Assembly: GCA_963667785.2 (NCBI GenBank)
Contig: CAXXMU010000002.1
Coordinates: 160,001-224,000, forward strand
From: Alphaproteobacteria bacterium
GTDB lineage: Bacteria > Pseudomonadota > Alphaproteobacteria > UBA828
Length of the DNA: 64,000 nt
Direction of reading: 5' to 3'
In this document: one piece after another, positions 44,526 to 55,375 of the stretch
Layout: every line of letters starts with the position of its first letter
Numbering within the stretch: the stretch's first letter is position 1
Made by a program: the position numbers and the translations under genes
The notes under the pieces: model-generated
What the model was told of the DNA's origin: nothing
The model's database searches: none
The model's input: the letters and a program-made list of their open reading frames with translations, nothing else

Positions 44526-45506
44526 TCATACCGGCGGTGTGAAGGTCATCGTGATGTTGCGCCAACCTTCGTAGGTGTTCACATGCTCCGTCAAGAACCG
44601 GAAGGGGCTGGCCTGCAATACGGCCCGGCGGGCGCTTTCCGCCATGGTGCGGTAATTGGCTCCCTCGCCCGCGTCGACGATCTCCACGTGGCGGACGGAG
44701 CCGTCCTGCGCCAACCGGATCCGTAGCGTCACGATCAGTTCGTCGGCATCGAGGGCCCCGGCCGGGACGTTCCACTTCGTCTCGACCTTCTGCCTGATCC
44801 TGTCGGCGATGGTCTGCCGCCAGAGTCCGCTCAACAGCGCCGGCGTTTCGGCTTCGGCGGGCGCGGTGTCCTCCGGGCCTGCGAGTTCCTCCAGCAAGTC
44901 ATCGAAGGGTTTCTCCTCCTCTTTCGTCGCCTTCGGTGGTGCAGGCGGCGGCGAAGGCTCCTCGTCGGTGAGGTCGCGCAGCAGCGTCTCGAAGCTCGGC
45001 TTCTTCACGGGCGGCTTGACGAGCGGCAGGGGCGGGGGGTCTTCCGCAACGGGCTCGGGCTCGGGCGCGGGGGCGGGCTCCGGCGTGGGTTCGGGCACCG
45101 GTTCGACGACAGGCTCCGGTTCGGGCTCCGGCTCTGGCTCGACGACCGGCTCGGGTTCTACCACCGGCTCGGGTATCGGTTCCGGCTCAGGTTCCGGCTC
45201 GATGACCGGCTCCGGGTCCAGCGCGGCGACGACCGCGGGCTCGGGCTCCGGCTGCGTCTCGACGACCGGCTCGGGTTCCGGCTCGACCACGGGCTCGGGT
45301 TCCGCAACCGGCTCCGGCACGGGCTCGGGCGGCGGGGCCGGCTCGGGCGCGCTCGCCTCGTCGGCGATCTCGACCAGGCTGACGACGATCGGACGGTCCT
45401 CGGGCACAAGCGCATCGCTCTCGAACACCTGCGGCAGACCCAGCACCGCGGCCACGATCACGCCGACATGCAGAAGGCCGGAGAAGAGCCAGCCGCGCTT
45501 ACTCAT
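44526..45506 (-). CDS. tolA: TolA-like cell envelope protein with Pro/Glu-rich linker
   Basis: S..LH TM motif, long PEPEPV linker, C-terminal WNVP...AESARRAV domain; between tolR and tolB. Confidence 0.8.
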   Translation of the reverse strand: MSKRGWLFSGLLHVGVIVAAVLGLPQVFESDALVPEDRPIVVSLVEIADEASAPEPAPPPEPVPEPVAEPEPVVEPEPEPVVETQPEPEPAVVAALDPEPVIEPEPEPEPIPEPVVEPEPVVEPEPEPEPEPVVEPVPEPTPEPAPAPEPEPVAEDPPPLPLVKPPVKKPSFETLLRDLTDEEPSPPPAPPKATKEEEKPFDDLLEELAGPEDTAPAEAETPALLSGLWRQTIADRIRQKVETKWNVPAGALDADELIVTLRIRLAQDGSVRHVEIVDAGEGANYRTMAESARRAVLQASPFRFLTEHVNTYEGWRNITMTFTPPV

Positions 45507-45963
45507 CGGCCTCGTCGTCGTCCGCTTGGCGCCGATCCGTCACCAGCGCGACATTGTTGAAGCCCGCGCCGTTGAGCGCGCCCATCACCTCCATCACCCG
45601 CCCGTAGGCGATGTCGCGGTCGCCCCGGATGAAGATACGCACGTCGGGTCGGCGCTCGGTGATCGCCCGGAGCTTGGGGATCAGATCCCCGACCTCCACC
45701 TCGGTCTCCTGAAGATAGGTAGTGCCGTCGCGGGTGATCGTGATCGACAGCGGCTCGTCGTCGCCGGAAATGGGCGGCGAGTCGGTCTCCGGCAGGTCGA
45801 CCTCCACGCCGACCGTGAGCAGGGGCGCCGTGATCATGAAGATGACCAGGAGCACCAGCATCACGTCGACGAACGGGGTCACGTTGATCTCGCTCATCGG
45901 CGCCCGCCGCCGGCGTCCGCTGCGCATGCGTCCGGCGAATGCCCGCTGCCGCGCGGTCGCCAT
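45499..45963 (-). CDS. tolR: TolR
   Basis: [34 protein letters not shown]. Confidence 0.93.
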   Translation of the reverse strand: MATARQRAFAGRMRSGRRRRAPMSEINVTPFVDVMLVLLVIFMITAPLLTVGVEVDLPETDSPPISGDDEPLSITITRDGTTYLQETEVEVGDLIPKLRAITERRPDVRIFIRGDRDIAYGRVMEVMGALNGAGFNNVALVTDRRQADDDEADE

Positions 45964-46697
45964 CAGCCGGCGTGCTCCTCGAGCTGGCGGCCGAGAAGGG
46001 CGCGGAACTCGGTGCCGAACGCCTCCAGCCGGCCGGCATAGCGATCGAGGTCGCTGCTGAGCTTGTTGTAGGCCACGACCGCCGGGATCGCGGCGACCAG
46101 GCCGAGCGCGGTCGCGAACAGCGCCTCGGCGATGCCGGGCGCCACCACGGCGAGCGAGGTGTCCTTGCTCGCCGCGATCGACTGGAAGCTGTTCATGATC
46201 CCCCAGACGGTGCCGAAGAGGCCGACGAACGGTGCCGTTGCGCCCACCGTGGCGAGGAAGCCGAGATAGCGCTCGAGTTGGTCGAGTTCGCGGTTGAGCG
46301 CCGCGTCCATGGCATAGGAGATGCGGCGCTGGAGGCCCTCCAGCCGGTCGGCGGAGAGATGGGTGCCGCGGCTCGCGAACCGGCGCCACTCATCCATCGC
46401 CGAGATGAACAGCACCGTCATCGGGTGGCTGCGCTGCCCGTCGATGTCCTCGTAGAGCTGATCGAGGGAGCCCCCCGACCAGAAGGCGGTCTCGAACTCC
46501 ACGGCCAGCTTGCGCGCACGCGCGTAGCGGAGCGACTTGTCGAAGATGATCGCCCAGCTCCACAGCGATGCGATCAGGAGGACGACGATCACCGCCTTGA
46601 CGATGATGTCGGCCTGTAGGAACAGGCCCCAGAGCGAGAAGTCCTCGGCCACCGCGTTGGCGCCGATCTCGACGGCGTGCAAAAGGTCGGATTCCAT
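45963..46697 (-). CDS. tolQ: TolQ
   Basis: FLATVGATAPFVGLFGTVWGIM, VVAPGIAEALFATA. Confidence 0.95.
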   Translation of the reverse strand: MESDLLHAVEIGANAVAEDFSLWGLFLQADIIVKAVIVVLLIASLWSWAIIFDKSLRYARARKLAVEFETAFWSGGSLDQLYEDIDGQRSHPMTVLFISAMDEWRRFASRGTHLSADRLEGLQRRISYAMDAALNRELDQLERYLGFLATVGATAPFVGLFGTVWGIMNSFQSIAASKDTSLAVVAPGIAEALFATALGLVAAIPAVVAYNKLSSDLDRYAGRLEAFGTEFRALLGRQLEEHAG

Positions 46698-46707
46698 GCT
46701 GTCTCCG

Positions 46708-47196
46708 TTACCGCTGGCCCGCTGGTGCCAATGGGGAAAGCGCCTGGCGCAACGGCGCTGGCAGCCGCACGGCGCGGCCGTCCCGCCCGACGCAGCCGAG
46801 CCTGAGCCCGATGGAGGCCAGCAGCTCGCCCGCGCGCTCGACGCGCTGCACGGCCTCGATATGCGCGCCGGCGACGGTGCCGATCGTCGTCCGCACTTCG
46901 ATCACGTCGTCGAGCAGCGCCGGCCGCCGGTAGTCGACGACGCAGCGGCTCACGACGAACGCCGCATCGTGGCCGTCGAGCAGCGCGCCGTGGGAGATTC
47001 CCGCGCCCCGCATCATCTCGGTCCGCGCACGCTCGGCGAACTTGAGGTAGTTGGCGTAGTAGACGATGCCGCCGGCGTCCGTGTCCTCGTGGTAGACGCG
47101 GAGCGGATAGACGTGCTCGGTCCCCTCGAAGCGGCCGCCGGGGGCAGGACCGGGTGCGCCGACGCCTGTGCCCGTGTCCGCGTCAGTCGCTGCCAT
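46708..47196 (-). CDS. ybgC: Tol-Pal-associated acyl-CoA thioesterase
   Basis: [28 protein letters not shown]. Confidence 0.92.
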   Translation of the reverse strand: MAATDADTGTGVGAPGPAPGGRFEGTEHVYPLRVYHEDTDAGGIVYYANYLKFAERARTEMMRGAGISHGALLDGHDAAFVVSRCVVDYRRPALLDDVIEVRTTIGTVAGAHIEAVQRVERAGELLASIGLRLGCVGRDGRAVRLPAPLRQALSPLAPAGQR

Positions 47197-48232
47197 GTCG
47201 GTCTTCGAGCAGGGCGAGCTGGCGCGATGCCTCGTCCGCCGGCGGCGCCAGCCCCAGATGGTCGAAGCCGTGCGGGGTCAGGCGCCGGCCGCGCGGCGTC
47301 CGCTGGACGAAGCCGAGCTGGATGAGGAAGGGCTCGATCACCTCCTCCAGCGCGTCGCGCTGTTCCGAGAGCGCTGCCGAGACTGTCTCGATTCCCACCG
47401 GGCCGCCGCCATAGTTCTCGGCGATGCAGGCGAGATAGCGCCGATCCATGGAATCGAGCCCGCGCTGGTCGACCTCGAGCCGGTTGAGCGCCCGGTCGGC
47501 GATCGCGGCGTCGATGGTCTCGACCTCGGCGACGGCGGCGAAGTCGCGCACCCGGCGCAGCAGCCGGCCTGCGATGCGCGGCGTGCCGCGGGAGCGGGCG
47601 GCGATCTCCGCCGCCCCGTCGGTGCTCAGCGTCACGTCGAGGAGCGTCGCGTTGCGGCTCACGATCTCGACCAGCTCGTCCACCTCGTAGAAGTCGAGAC
47701 GGAGCGGGATGCCGAAGCGCTCGCGCAGCGGGTTCGTGATGAGCCCGGTCCGCGTCGTGGCGCCGACCAGGGTGAAGGGCGGCAGGTCGATCCGCACCGA
47801 GCGCGCGCCCGGCCCCTCGCCGATGATCAGGTCGAGCTGCGCGTCCTCCATCGCCGGGTAGAGGATCTCCTCCACCGCCGGGTTGAGCCGGTGGATCTCG
47901 TCGATGAACAGCACGTCGCGCTCGTTGAGGTTGGTCAGGATCGCGGCCAGGTCGCCGGCGCGGGCGATGACGGGGCCCGAGGTCGCGCGGATGCCGACGC
48001 CGAGCTCGCGGGCGACGATCTGCGCCAGCGTCGTCTTGCCGAGGCCCGGGGGTCCGTAGAACAGCACGTGGTCAAGGGCCTCGCCGCGATCGGCCGCTGC
48101 GGCGATGAAGATGCGCAGGTTCTCGCGCGTCGCGCGCTGGCCCACGAAGTCGTCGAGCTTGCGCGGCCTGAGCCCGCTGTCGAGCCGGTCTTCGGGCTCC
48201 GCCGCCCCGGCGACGACGCGGGCCTCGCTCAC
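47183..48232 (-). CDS. ruvB: Holliday junction branch migration helicase
   Basis: [39 protein letters not shown]. Confidence 0.97.
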   Translation of the reverse strand: MSEARVVAGAAEPEDRLDSGLRPRKLDDFVGQRATRENLRIFIAAAADRGEALDHVLFYGPPGLGKTTLAQIVARELGVGIRATSGPVIARAGDLAAILTNLNERDVLFIDEIHRLNPAVEEILYPAMEDAQLDLIIGEGPGARSVRIDLPPFTLVGATTRTGLITNPLRERFGIPLRLDFYEVDELVEIVSRNATLLDVTLSTDGAAEIAARSRGTPRIAGRLLRRVRDFAAVAEVETIDAAIADRALNRLEVDQRGLDSMDRRYLACIAENYGGGPVGIETVSAALSEQRDALEEVIEPFLIQLGFVQRTPRGRRLTPHGFDHLGLAPPADEASRQLALLEDRHGSD

Positions 48233-48822
48233 TGCGAGAGCTCCTTCAGGCCGGCCCGGATCAGCGCCTCGACGGAGGCGTCAGCGCCGAGCGAACGCGC
48301 CGCGCCCGTGACCGCGCCGTGGGCCTCCGTCGGGCGGTAGCCCAGGTTGACGAGCGCTGCGACGGCATCGGCGTTGGCCGCGCCGCCGGCGGCAACGGGT
48401 GCTTGGATCGCCCCCGGCAGCGCCGGCACCTTGTCCTCCAGCTCGCTCAGGATCCGCGCCGCGAGCTTGGGCCCCACGCCCGGCGCGCGGGTGAGCCCGC
48501 TCCTGTCCTGCGCGGCGATGCAGGCGGCGAGCTCCGGCGCAGGCAGGGCGCCGAGAATGGCGAGCGCGAGCCGGGCACCGACGCTCTGGACGGTCTGCAG
48601 CAGGCGGAACCACTCGCGCTCCTGCTCGCCGGCGAAGCCGTAGAGATGTATGTGGTCTTCGCGCACCACCGTCTCGACGGTGAGAGTCACCTCCTGCCCG
48701 CGTGCCGGCAGCGCGGCCAGGGTGCTCGCGGAGCAATAGGTGAGGTAGCCGACGCCGCCGACATCGACGACCGCCCAGCCGTCGCCCAGGCTGTCGAGGG
48801 TCCCGCGCAGCTTGGCGATCAT
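48229..48822 (-). CDS. ruvA: Holliday junction branch migration protein
   Basis: [39 protein letters not shown]. Confidence 0.95.
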   Translation of the reverse strand: MIAKLRGTLDSLGDGWAVVDVGGVGYLTYCSASTLAALPARGQEVTLTVETVVREDHIHLYGFAGEQEREWFRLLQTVQSVGARLALAILGALPAPELAACIAAQDRSGLTRAPGVGPKLAARILSELEDKVPALPGAIQAPVAAGGAANADAVAALVNLGYRPTEAHGAVTGAARSLGADASVEALIRAGLKELSQ

Positions 48823-49340
48823 CGGGCCGGCTTCGCCGCCGCTTCCGCTGCCGGCTGCCAGCGGGCGTGGGTTCCGGCGGCGTGGGCGTGGCAGATCGCC
48901 GCCGCCAGCGCGTCCGTGGCATCCGCCGTCGCCTCGCCGACGCCGGGCAGCAGGTGGCGGACCATGAGCGCGACCTGCTCCTTGTCGGCATGGCCCGCGC
49001 CGACCAGCGCCTTCTTGATCCGGTTCGCGGCATATTCGTGGACGGGAAGGCCGGCGAGCGCCGGCGCGAGCAGGGCGACGCCCCGCGCCAGCCCGAGCTT
49101 GAGGGTCGAATCCGGGTTCCGGTTGACGAAGCTCTCCTCGACCGCGGCCTCGTCCGGCGCGAAGCGCGCGACGATCTCCACCAGCCCGTCGTGCAGCGCA
49201 CGGAGGCGTTCCGGCACGCTCGCGCGCGCATCGGTGTCGACCACGCCGTGGCCGACATGGCGCAGCCGGTTGCCGGCGATCTCGATCACGCCCCAGCCGG
49301 TCCGGCGGAGGCCGGGGTCGATACCGAGCACGCGGGACAC
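48819..49340 (-). CDS. ruvC: Crossover junction endodeoxyribonuclease
   Basis: [40 protein letters not shown]. Confidence 0.95.
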   Translation of the reverse strand: MSRVLGIDPGLRRTGWGVIEIAGNRLRHVGHGVVDTDARASVPERLRALHDGLVEIVARFAPDEAAVEESFVNRNPDSTLKLGLARGVALLAPALAGLPVHEYAANRIKKALVGAGHADKEQVALMVRHLLPGVGEATADATDALAAAICHAHAAGTHARWQPAAEAAAKPAR

Positions 49341-49355
49341 GCCGTCCGCCCCCGC

Positions 49356-50108
49356 TCAGGCCGACAGCGCCTGCAGGACATCGTCGCTCACGTCGTAGTT
49401 CGCCGATACCTGCTGCACGTCGTCGCTGTCGTCGAGCGCCTCCAGCAGTCTGAAGACGCCTTCCGCCTGGTCCTGGTCGATGGGCACCGTGGTCTGCGGG
49501 CGCCAGACGATCTCGACCCGCTCCGGCGCCCCGAAGCGCGCGCTCAGTGACTCGCTCGCCTCGCTCAGCGACCCCGGCTCGCAGAGCAGCTCGTGCCCGT
49601 CCGCCTCGCTCTCGCATTCGTCGGCGCCCACCTCGAGCGCAGCCTCGAACATGTCGTCGCCGCTCGCGGCATCCGCGGGGAAGCGGATCACGCCGACCCG
49701 GCGGAACAGGTAGCTCACCGAGCCGCTCTCCGCGAGGGAGCCGCCGTGCTTGCTGAAGATGGAGCGCAGGCTGGCCGCGGTGCGGTTGCGGTTGTCGGTG
49801 ATCGCATCGATGATGACGGCGACGCCGCCGGGCCCGAAGCCCTCGTAGCTCAGCGTGTCGAAGCGTTCCTGGCCGCCGTCCCCGCCCGCCGCCTTCTTGA
49901 TGGCGCGCTCGATGTTGTCCTTGGGCACGCTCTGCGCCTTGGCCGCCGCGACGGCCGTGCGCAGGCGCGGGTTGTGATCGGGGTCCGGTGTGCCCTCGCG
50001 TGCAGCGACATAGACCTCACGGATCAACTTGGTGAACCGCTTGGCCCGCCGGGCGTCCTGCGCGCCCTTGCGGTACATGATGTTGGCCCATTTGGAATGG
50101 CCGGCCAT
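49356..50108 (-). CDS. yebC: YebC/PmpR family protein
   Basis: MAGHSKWANI, NPRLR, YEGFGPGG, TDNRNRT, DDVQ. Confidence 0.95.
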   Translation of the reverse strand: MAGHSKWANIMYRKGAQDARRAKRFTKLIREVYVAAREGTPDPDHNPRLRTAVAAAKAQSVPKDNIERAIKKAAGGDGGQERFDTLSYEGFGPGGVAVIIDAITDNRNRTAASLRSIFSKHGGSLAESGSVSYLFRRVGVIRFPADAASGDDMFEAALEVGADECESEADGHELLCEPGSLSEASESLSARFGAPERVEIVWRPQTTVPIDQDQAEGVFRLLEALDDSDDVQQVSANYDVSDDVLQALSA

Positions 50109-50327
50109 GGGCGCTACCCGACGACGTGGGGAAACGGTGCGTGCGGAGACCCCGACGGGTGCCGCGTGATCGCGAAGTCTCTCATTGGTCTGCGTAGGCG
50201 GTCATTGTGGCCAGATTGGGGCAGCCGATCTTGGTGTTGGTACAACATCTTGTGGTTGGCGTCACCCCCGAAACCCTCGCTTGAGAGTTTCCTCGTCGCG
50301 CGGCGGCGTCCCCGCCTGCGGCGCCGT

Positions 50328-51155
50328 TCACTCCTCGGTGACGCGCAGGGCGACGAAGCGGAGGCGGGTGTAGTCGGTGACCCAGCGGCCGTCGGGGCAG
50401 AGGCGCTCGCGGGTCAGCGCCACCGTGCGCTCGATGACTGCGGGCACGCGCTCCGGTGGGGCCGCGTCGGTGAAGTTGCGGCCGAACATGGCGATCCAGT
50501 CGGCGAGCCCGTTGGGGCAATCGTCGAGCGGCGTCGGGCGTGCGAAATAGTGGAGGTGCGCGACCTCGAAGCCGCCCTCCTCCAGCAGCCCGACATAGCG
50601 GCTGGTGCGCGGAAAATACCAGGGAAAATCGACCGCGTCGGCAGGCACGCCTTCCTCGGCGAGCGCCTGGTAGAGCGCGTCCGTGATGATCCGCACGTTG
50701 CGGTGCGCTCCCATCTCGGCGACGAAACGGCCGCCGGGCCTGAGCGCGCGCGCGACACAGGCGATCACCCGTTCAGGGTCCTCCTTCATCCAGTGGAGCG
50801 CGGCATTGGAGAAGACGGCGTCGGCCTCGCCCTCGATCGCGAAGTCGCGCCCATCGGCATGCGCGAAGGCGAGGTGCGGGTACCGGGCACGCGCGCGCTC
50901 GATCATCGCCGCGTCGGCGTCGATGCCGATCACGTCTGCGCCGCGGGCGGCGATCTCGGCGCTCAGCGTCCCGGTGCCGCAGCCGAGGTCGACGATCCGC
51001 TCGCCGGCCTCCGGCGCGAGCAGGTCGAGCATATCGGTGCCGAAGGCCGAGACGAAGCCGAAGGAGCGGTCGTAGAGGGCCGCGTCCCAGGCCGCCGAGC
51101 CGTCGGCGCCCTCGGGCGCGTCGCTCCCGGCCGGCGACCGGCTAGTCGTCCGCAT
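50328..51155 (-). CDS. Class I SAM-dependent methyltransferase
   Basis: WDAALY, DLGCGTG motif I, DAVFSNAALHW, LRPGGRF, DYTRLRF; start uncertain. Confidence 0.85.
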   Translation of the reverse strand: MRTTSRSPAGSDAPEGADGSAAWDAALYDRSFGFVSAFGTDMLDLLAPEAGERIVDLGCGTGTLSAEIAARGADVIGIDADAAMIERARARYPHLAFAHADGRDFAIEGEADAVFSNAALHWMKEDPERVIACVARALRPGGRFVAEMGAHRNVRIITDALYQALAEEGVPADAVDFPWYFPRTSRYVGLLEEGGFEVAHLHYFARPTPLDDCPNGLADWIAMFGRNFTDAAPPERVPAVIERTVALTRERLCPDGRWVTDYTRLRFVALRVTEE

Positions 51156-51936
51156 CCTGATGGTCGCGGGCCGCGTCCAGCATGGCGCGGATCATCTTCG
51201 GCCGGGGCACCGCGGGCTTGGGATGCGCCACCGGGCTGTGGCTGTGGCCGAGGCCCAGCACCATCTCCACCATCTTCAGCGCGAGCGGGCCCGGATTGAC
51301 CACCGGCACCGGCAGGTTCTCCGAGAGGTAGGGCCCGGCCTGGGACAGCGTGGTGGAGCCGAGGACGATCACGTCGGCGCCCTTGGCGAGGCCCTTCTCG
51401 CAGGCGGTCTTCATCTTCGGGAAGACCTCGTCCTCGCGGCCCGTGAAGAGCGCCTTCATGTCCGACTGCGCCTCGAACAGCTCGATCGAGGTGCAGAACT
51501 GCGCGACCTCGAACTTCTTCATCAGGTTCTTGTAGAAGGCGAGCCAGGCATCGGTGTACTGCGGATAGGCCGGGTCGGTCTGGGCGATCACCGAGAAGCG
51601 GGTGCCGAGCGCGAGCGCATAGAGGAGCGACGACTTGCCGTTCGAGACCACGGGAATGTCCAGCACCGCGCGCAGCTCGGCAACGCCCGAATCGCTCAGC
51701 GTGTTCACCGTGATGGCGTCGTAGCCCTCCTCGGCCAGCGCGATGCCGGCCTCGAAGATGGCGAACTCGACCAGCATCTCGTCGTGCCGGCCGATGAAGT
51801 GCTTGGGTCCCGCCCTGAGCGGCTTGTAGTCGAAGGTGACGGCGCCGGAGAGCTCGACCTGGGCCATCTCCTGGCGCCTGTAGTCGAGGCCTTCCTCGTC
51901 GAACGGAAACGGCACGATCACGGCGGCGCGTGGCAT
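51142..51936 (-). CDS. Asp/Glu/hydantoin racemase-fold protein (catalytic Cys positions replaced)
   Basis: EEGYDAITVNTLSDSGV...LDIPVV, GADVIVLGSTT, PVPVVNPG...LGLGHS. Confidence 0.7.
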   Translation of the reverse strand: MPRAAVIVPFPFDEEGLDYRRQEMAQVELSGAVTFDYKPLRAGPKHFIGRHDEMLVEFAIFEAGIALAEEGYDAITVNTLSDSGVAELRAVLDIPVVSNGKSSLLYALALGTRFSVIAQTDPAYPQYTDAWLAFYKNLMKKFEVAQFCTSIELFEAQSDMKALFTGREDEVFPKMKTACEKGLAKGADVIVLGSTTLSQAGPYLSENLPVPVVNPGPLALKMVEMVLGLGHSHSPVAHPKPAVPRPKMIRAMLDAARDHQDADD

Positions 51937-52002
51937 GGCAGGTCCTCCCTCCGGTCCCTCTCGTCTCGTCGGCGCTTCCGGCGTGCCCGGCCTGCGCCGT
52001 CC

Positions 52003-52923
52003 CTATACCGGGTTCGCGGCCAGCCAGCGCGCGTAAGTTCGCACGCCCTCCTCGAACCCCACCTGCGGCCGCCAACCGAGCACGCGCGCGGCCGCCGAGA
52101 TGTCGAACCTCCCGTGGCTCTGGTCTTCCGGATCGGCGCCTTCGCCGAGCGCGATCCGCGCATCGGGCAGAACGCGTTCCACCGTGTCCACGATCTCGGC
52201 GAAGTCCAGCCGCTCGCCGCCCGTGACGTTGAACGCGCGCTGCGGCCCGATCTCGTCTGCATCGAGCGCGGCGATGACGGCGCCGACGACGTCGTCGATG
52301 TTCACGTATTGCCGCGTGAAGCCGCGGCCGAAGGGGAGCGTCGTGGCCCGCCCGGCCTGGGCGTCCTGGATCATGTCGCGTATCACGCAGGGCGTGCGGC
52401 GGCGGGGGCCGTAGACCCACGAGAAGCGCAGCACGACGGCGTCGATGCCGGTCTGCGCCGCATAGGCCCGGGTCAGGATATCGCCGGCTGCCTTGGTGGC
52501 GCCGTAGATGTCGTCGGCCGCGAGCGGGGCGTCCTCTGGCACCGGGTCAAGCCCGGCTGCGGTGTTTCCGTACGCCGAGGTCGACGAGCAGAAGACCAGG
52601 CGCACCCCCCGCTGGCGCGCGATCTCGAGCAGGTTGGCGGTGCCGGCGACATTGGTCTCGATCACCGCACGCGGGTTGTCGCGGCTCAGCATGGGGCCCG
52701 AGACCGCCCCGCAGTGGACGATCGCCGCGATGTCGCCGCTGCAGATGGCGTGCAGCTTGTGGACGTCCGTCAGCTCCGCGTCGATCGAGGGGAAGCCGGC
52801 GTCCTCGCGTGGCTGGATGCGGTCGGTGCCGATCACGGCGCGCCCTTCCGCCGCGAGTCGGGACGCGACGCCGAATCCGATCAGCCCCGCCGATCCGGTA
52901 ACCACGACTGCGCCGGTTGCCAT
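52003..52923 (-). CDS. NAD-dependent epimerase/dehydratase (extended SDR)
   Basis: VTGSAGLIG, SSTSAYG, YGATK, LRFSWVYGP. Confidence 0.88.
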   Translation of the reverse strand: MATGAVVVTGSAGLIGFGVASRLAAEGRAVIGTDRIQPREDAGFPSIDAELTDVHKLHAICSGDIAAIVHCGAVSGPMLSRDNPRAVIETNVAGTANLLEIARQRGVRLVFCSSTSAYGNTAAGLDPVPEDAPLAADDIYGATKAAGDILTRAYAAQTGIDAVVLRFSWVYGPRRRTPCVIRDMIQDAQAGRATTLPFGRGFTRQYVNIDDVVGAVIAALDADEIGPQRAFNVTGGERLDFAEIVDTVERVLPDARIALGEGADPEDQSHGRFDISAAARVLGWRPQVGFEEGVRTYARWLAANPV

Positions 52924-53048
52924 GCCGCCGTTCTCCTTCCGCCCGCTGCGCAGGGTGCGGCGGGGCGGACGAGCGCGTCAAGCACGCCGCCCTCGCATGC
53001 CCCGCGCGATCGTCTACAATCGATCTCCATGACGCGCCAGCACCACCC

Positions 53049-53393
53049 ATGACCGGCCGTGCCACACGCGATCCTGCGACGATCAGGCAGCGGCTCGAAC
53101 AGGAACGCGACGAGCTGCTCGCGCTGAGCGAGGCGGCGGCCGACGAGCGCCGCCCGGTCGCGCTCGACCAGCAGAGCGTAGGCCGCCTCTCGCGCATGGA
53201 CGCCATGCAGGTGCAGGCGATGGCGCAGTCGGTGGAGGCGCGCCGCCGGGCGCGGCTGCCGCTGATTGAGGCGGCGCTGCGCCGACTGGATTCGGGCGAT
53301 TACGGCTACTGCACCGACTGCGGAGAGAAGATTCCGGCCCGGCGGCTCGCCATCGACCCCACCATCGCCCGCTGCGTCGACTGCGCGGGTTAG
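53049..53393 (+). CDS. DksA/TraR family C4-type zinc finger protein
   Basis: VALDQQSVGRLSRMDAMQ, YGYCTDCGE.I...RL...P....CVDC. Confidence 0.88.
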   Translation: MTGRATRDPATIRQRLEQERDELLALSEAAADERRPVALDQQSVGRLSRMDAMQVQAMAQSVEARRRARLPLIEAALRRLDSGDYGYCTDCGEKIPARRLAIDPTIARCVDCAG

Positions 53394-53557
53394 CGCGTAT
53401 CCGTCTTTGACGGATACGCGACAGGCCGCAACTGCGGCCCGCCGCTTATGCGGCGCGCCCGCGCAGGCGCCGGTTGTCGCACGGTATCGCGGGACGGCCG
53501 GCTGCCGTGAGCGACAAAGAGGCCGGAGCGTTTCCGCATAAAGCGGACACGTTCTAG
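53390..53557. repeat. Structured intergenic repeat, copy 1
   Basis: Shares GACGG.T.CGCGACAGGCCGC...GCGGCCCGCCGC...GCGGCGC...GGCGCCGG...GCCGTGAGCGACAAAG...AGCGTTTCCG with 58154-58296 and 60249-60398. Confidence 0.9.
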
Positions 53558-54345
53558 CGACCGACCGAGATCGTCGCGTCCATGTAGAGCACCGCGCGGC
53601 CGGCGATGGAGACCCGCTCGCCCCGGTCCTCGCAGACCATCCACCCGCCGCGGGCGGAAAGCTGGCGCACCGCGAGCCGCCGCTTGCCGAGCCTCGCCGC
53701 CCAGTAGGGCGCGAGCGCGGTCTGCACGTTGCCGGTGACCGGATCCTCCGGCACCGCGTTCTTGGGCGCGAAGAAGCGCAGCACGTAGTCCGCATCGCCT
53801 GCGGCGCCCGGCGCCGTCGCCACCACGCCGCGTCGGTCGAGGGCGGTCAGCAGCGCTTGGTCCGGTTGCAGGTCCGCCACCTCGTCCGCGCCCTCGAACA
53901 CGGCGACCCAGTCTGCGCCGGCGAGCACGGCGGCCGGTTCCGCGCCGAGAGCGTTCGCCAGCACCGGCGGCGGCGATGCAGGTGACGCCGGCTGCGCCGG
54001 AAAGTCCATCACCAGCGCCTCGCCCTCGCGGGTGACCGTGAGTCGCCCGCTCTTCGTCTCGAACGCGACGCTGTCGGTGCCCGGCCGGAGCTCCTCGAAC
54101 ACGACGAAGGCGGCGGCCAGCGTGGCGTGGCCGCAGAGGTCGACCTCGACATTGGGTGTGAACCAGCGCAGGCCATAGCCCGCGCCGTCCGGCACCATGA
54201 ACGCGGTCTCCGACAGATTGTTCTCGGCCGCGATCGCCTGCATCGTGGCCTCGTCCAGCCAGGCAACGAGAGGGCAGACCGCGGCCGGATTGCCGCCCAG
54301 CACCCGGTCGGTGAAGGTGTCGATCTGCAGCAGTCTGAGCGTCAT
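53554..54345 (-). CDS. PhzF family isomerase/epimerase
   Basis: GGNPAAV, ENNLSETAF, LRWFTP..EVDLCGHATLA, EDPVTG. Confidence 0.92.
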   Translation of the reverse strand: MTLRLLQIDTFTDRVLGGNPAAVCPLVAWLDEATMQAIAAENNLSETAFMVPDGAGYGLRWFTPNVEVDLCGHATLAAAFVVFEELRPGTDSVAFETKSGRLTVTREGEALVMDFPAQPASPASPPPVLANALGAEPAAVLAGADWVAVFEGADEVADLQPDQALLTALDRRGVVATAPGAAGDADYVLRFFAPKNAVPEDPVTGNVQTALAPYWAARLGKRRLAVRQLSARGGWMVCEDRGERVSIAGRAVLYMDATISVGR

Positions 54346-55298
54346 TCGTCAGCCTCCTGTCGGCTGCTGCGGCGCTTCGACCAGGTGAGCACCGCGAGCC
54401 CCGCGAGCAGCAGGGCGGCGGCGATCCACGCCGAGCCGCTCAGCCGTTCGCCGAAGATCACCGCCCCCCAGCCGAATCCCGACAGCACCACGATATAGCC
54501 GAATTGGGAGAGGAAAAGCGGCCCGCCCAGCCGGAGAATCTCGAAGATGAAGTACCAGACCAGCGCGGTGACCGCGGTGGCGCCGAGGATCGCGAGGTCG
54601 CCGGCGAGCAGCGGGCCGGGGAAGAGATAGGTCTCGCCCGTGCCGATCATCACCGGGACGAGCACCACCGCGCCGCCGATCTGGATTCCGCAGGCGAGCG
54701 AGAGCGAGTGCGCCTTGGGCGGCCACAGCAGCGCGCCCGCGATGTTGAACGCGGCGAAGCAGACCGGCGCCAGCAGCGCCAGCAGCAGCCAGCTCACCTC
54801 GGCGAAGCTCGGCAGGGTGATGCCTGGCACCACGAGGATCAGGATCCCGGCGAGCCCCAGCGCCACGCCGCCTGTGCTGAGCAGCCGGAAGCGCTCCATG
54901 CGGAGCGTCATCGCCATCAGGTAGGTGCAGGTCGGCGAGAGCGAGGTGACCATGACCACGAGGCTCGCCGGCAGCCGGGGCGCGACATGGGCGAGCAGCG
55001 ACACGGGAATCGCGATGCCGACCGCGCCCGCGACGAGATAAAGGCGAAGGTGCGCACGGTCGAGCCCGACGGGCAGGCGTGCCGCAGCACAGCCGAGCCC
55101 GAGGATCAGGCCGGCGCCCAGCGTGTGCCAGAAGACGTAGGCGAGGCCCGGCACCTCGTTGGTCGTCGCGACCTTGTTGATCGAGAAGAGCAGGCCGTAG
55201 AGGGAGCCCGCGCACAGCAGGTAGACGACCGCGAGCGCGCCGACCCTGGGTGCCTTCGGCGCGGCGGCACCGGCCCGCGCGTCGCCCGCGTCGGTCAT
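54342..55298 (-). CDS. DMT/EamA family transporter
   Basis: About ten hydrophobic helices, two EamA-like halves, FGE motif near the C-terminus. Confidence 0.82.
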   Translation of the reverse strand: MTDAGDARAGAAAPKAPRVGALAVVYLLCAGSLYGLLFSINKVATTNEVPGLAYVFWHTLGAGLILGLGCAAARLPVGLDRAHLRLYLVAGAVGIAIPVSLLAHVAPRLPASLVVMVTSLSPTCTYLMAMTLRMERFRLLSTGGVALGLAGILILVVPGITLPSFAEVSWLLLALLAPVCFAAFNIAGALLWPPKAHSLSLACGIQIGGAVVLVPVMIGTGETYLFPGPLLAGDLAILGATAVTALVWYFIFEILRLGGPLFLSQFGYIVVLSGFGWGAVIFGERLSGSAWIAAALLLAGLAVLTWSKRRSSRQEADE

Positions 55299-55375
55299 CG
55301 ACTGGGTGTCGGAGCGCCGGTGCGCCGAGGCGCGCTACGATGCGGGTGCCGGCCGTTGCGTGCCGCCGGCGGCGT

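Noticed and set aside
45040-45360. Tandem GGCTCGGGTTCC-like repeats
   Set aside because: They encode the ordinary Pro/Glu linker of TolA; not a CRISPR or other array
50109-50327. LexA (GTTC-N7-GTTC) SOS box upstream of yebC-ruvCAB
   Set aside because: No match to the alphaproteobacterial direct-repeat consensus seen here or upstream of the Ada-like gene
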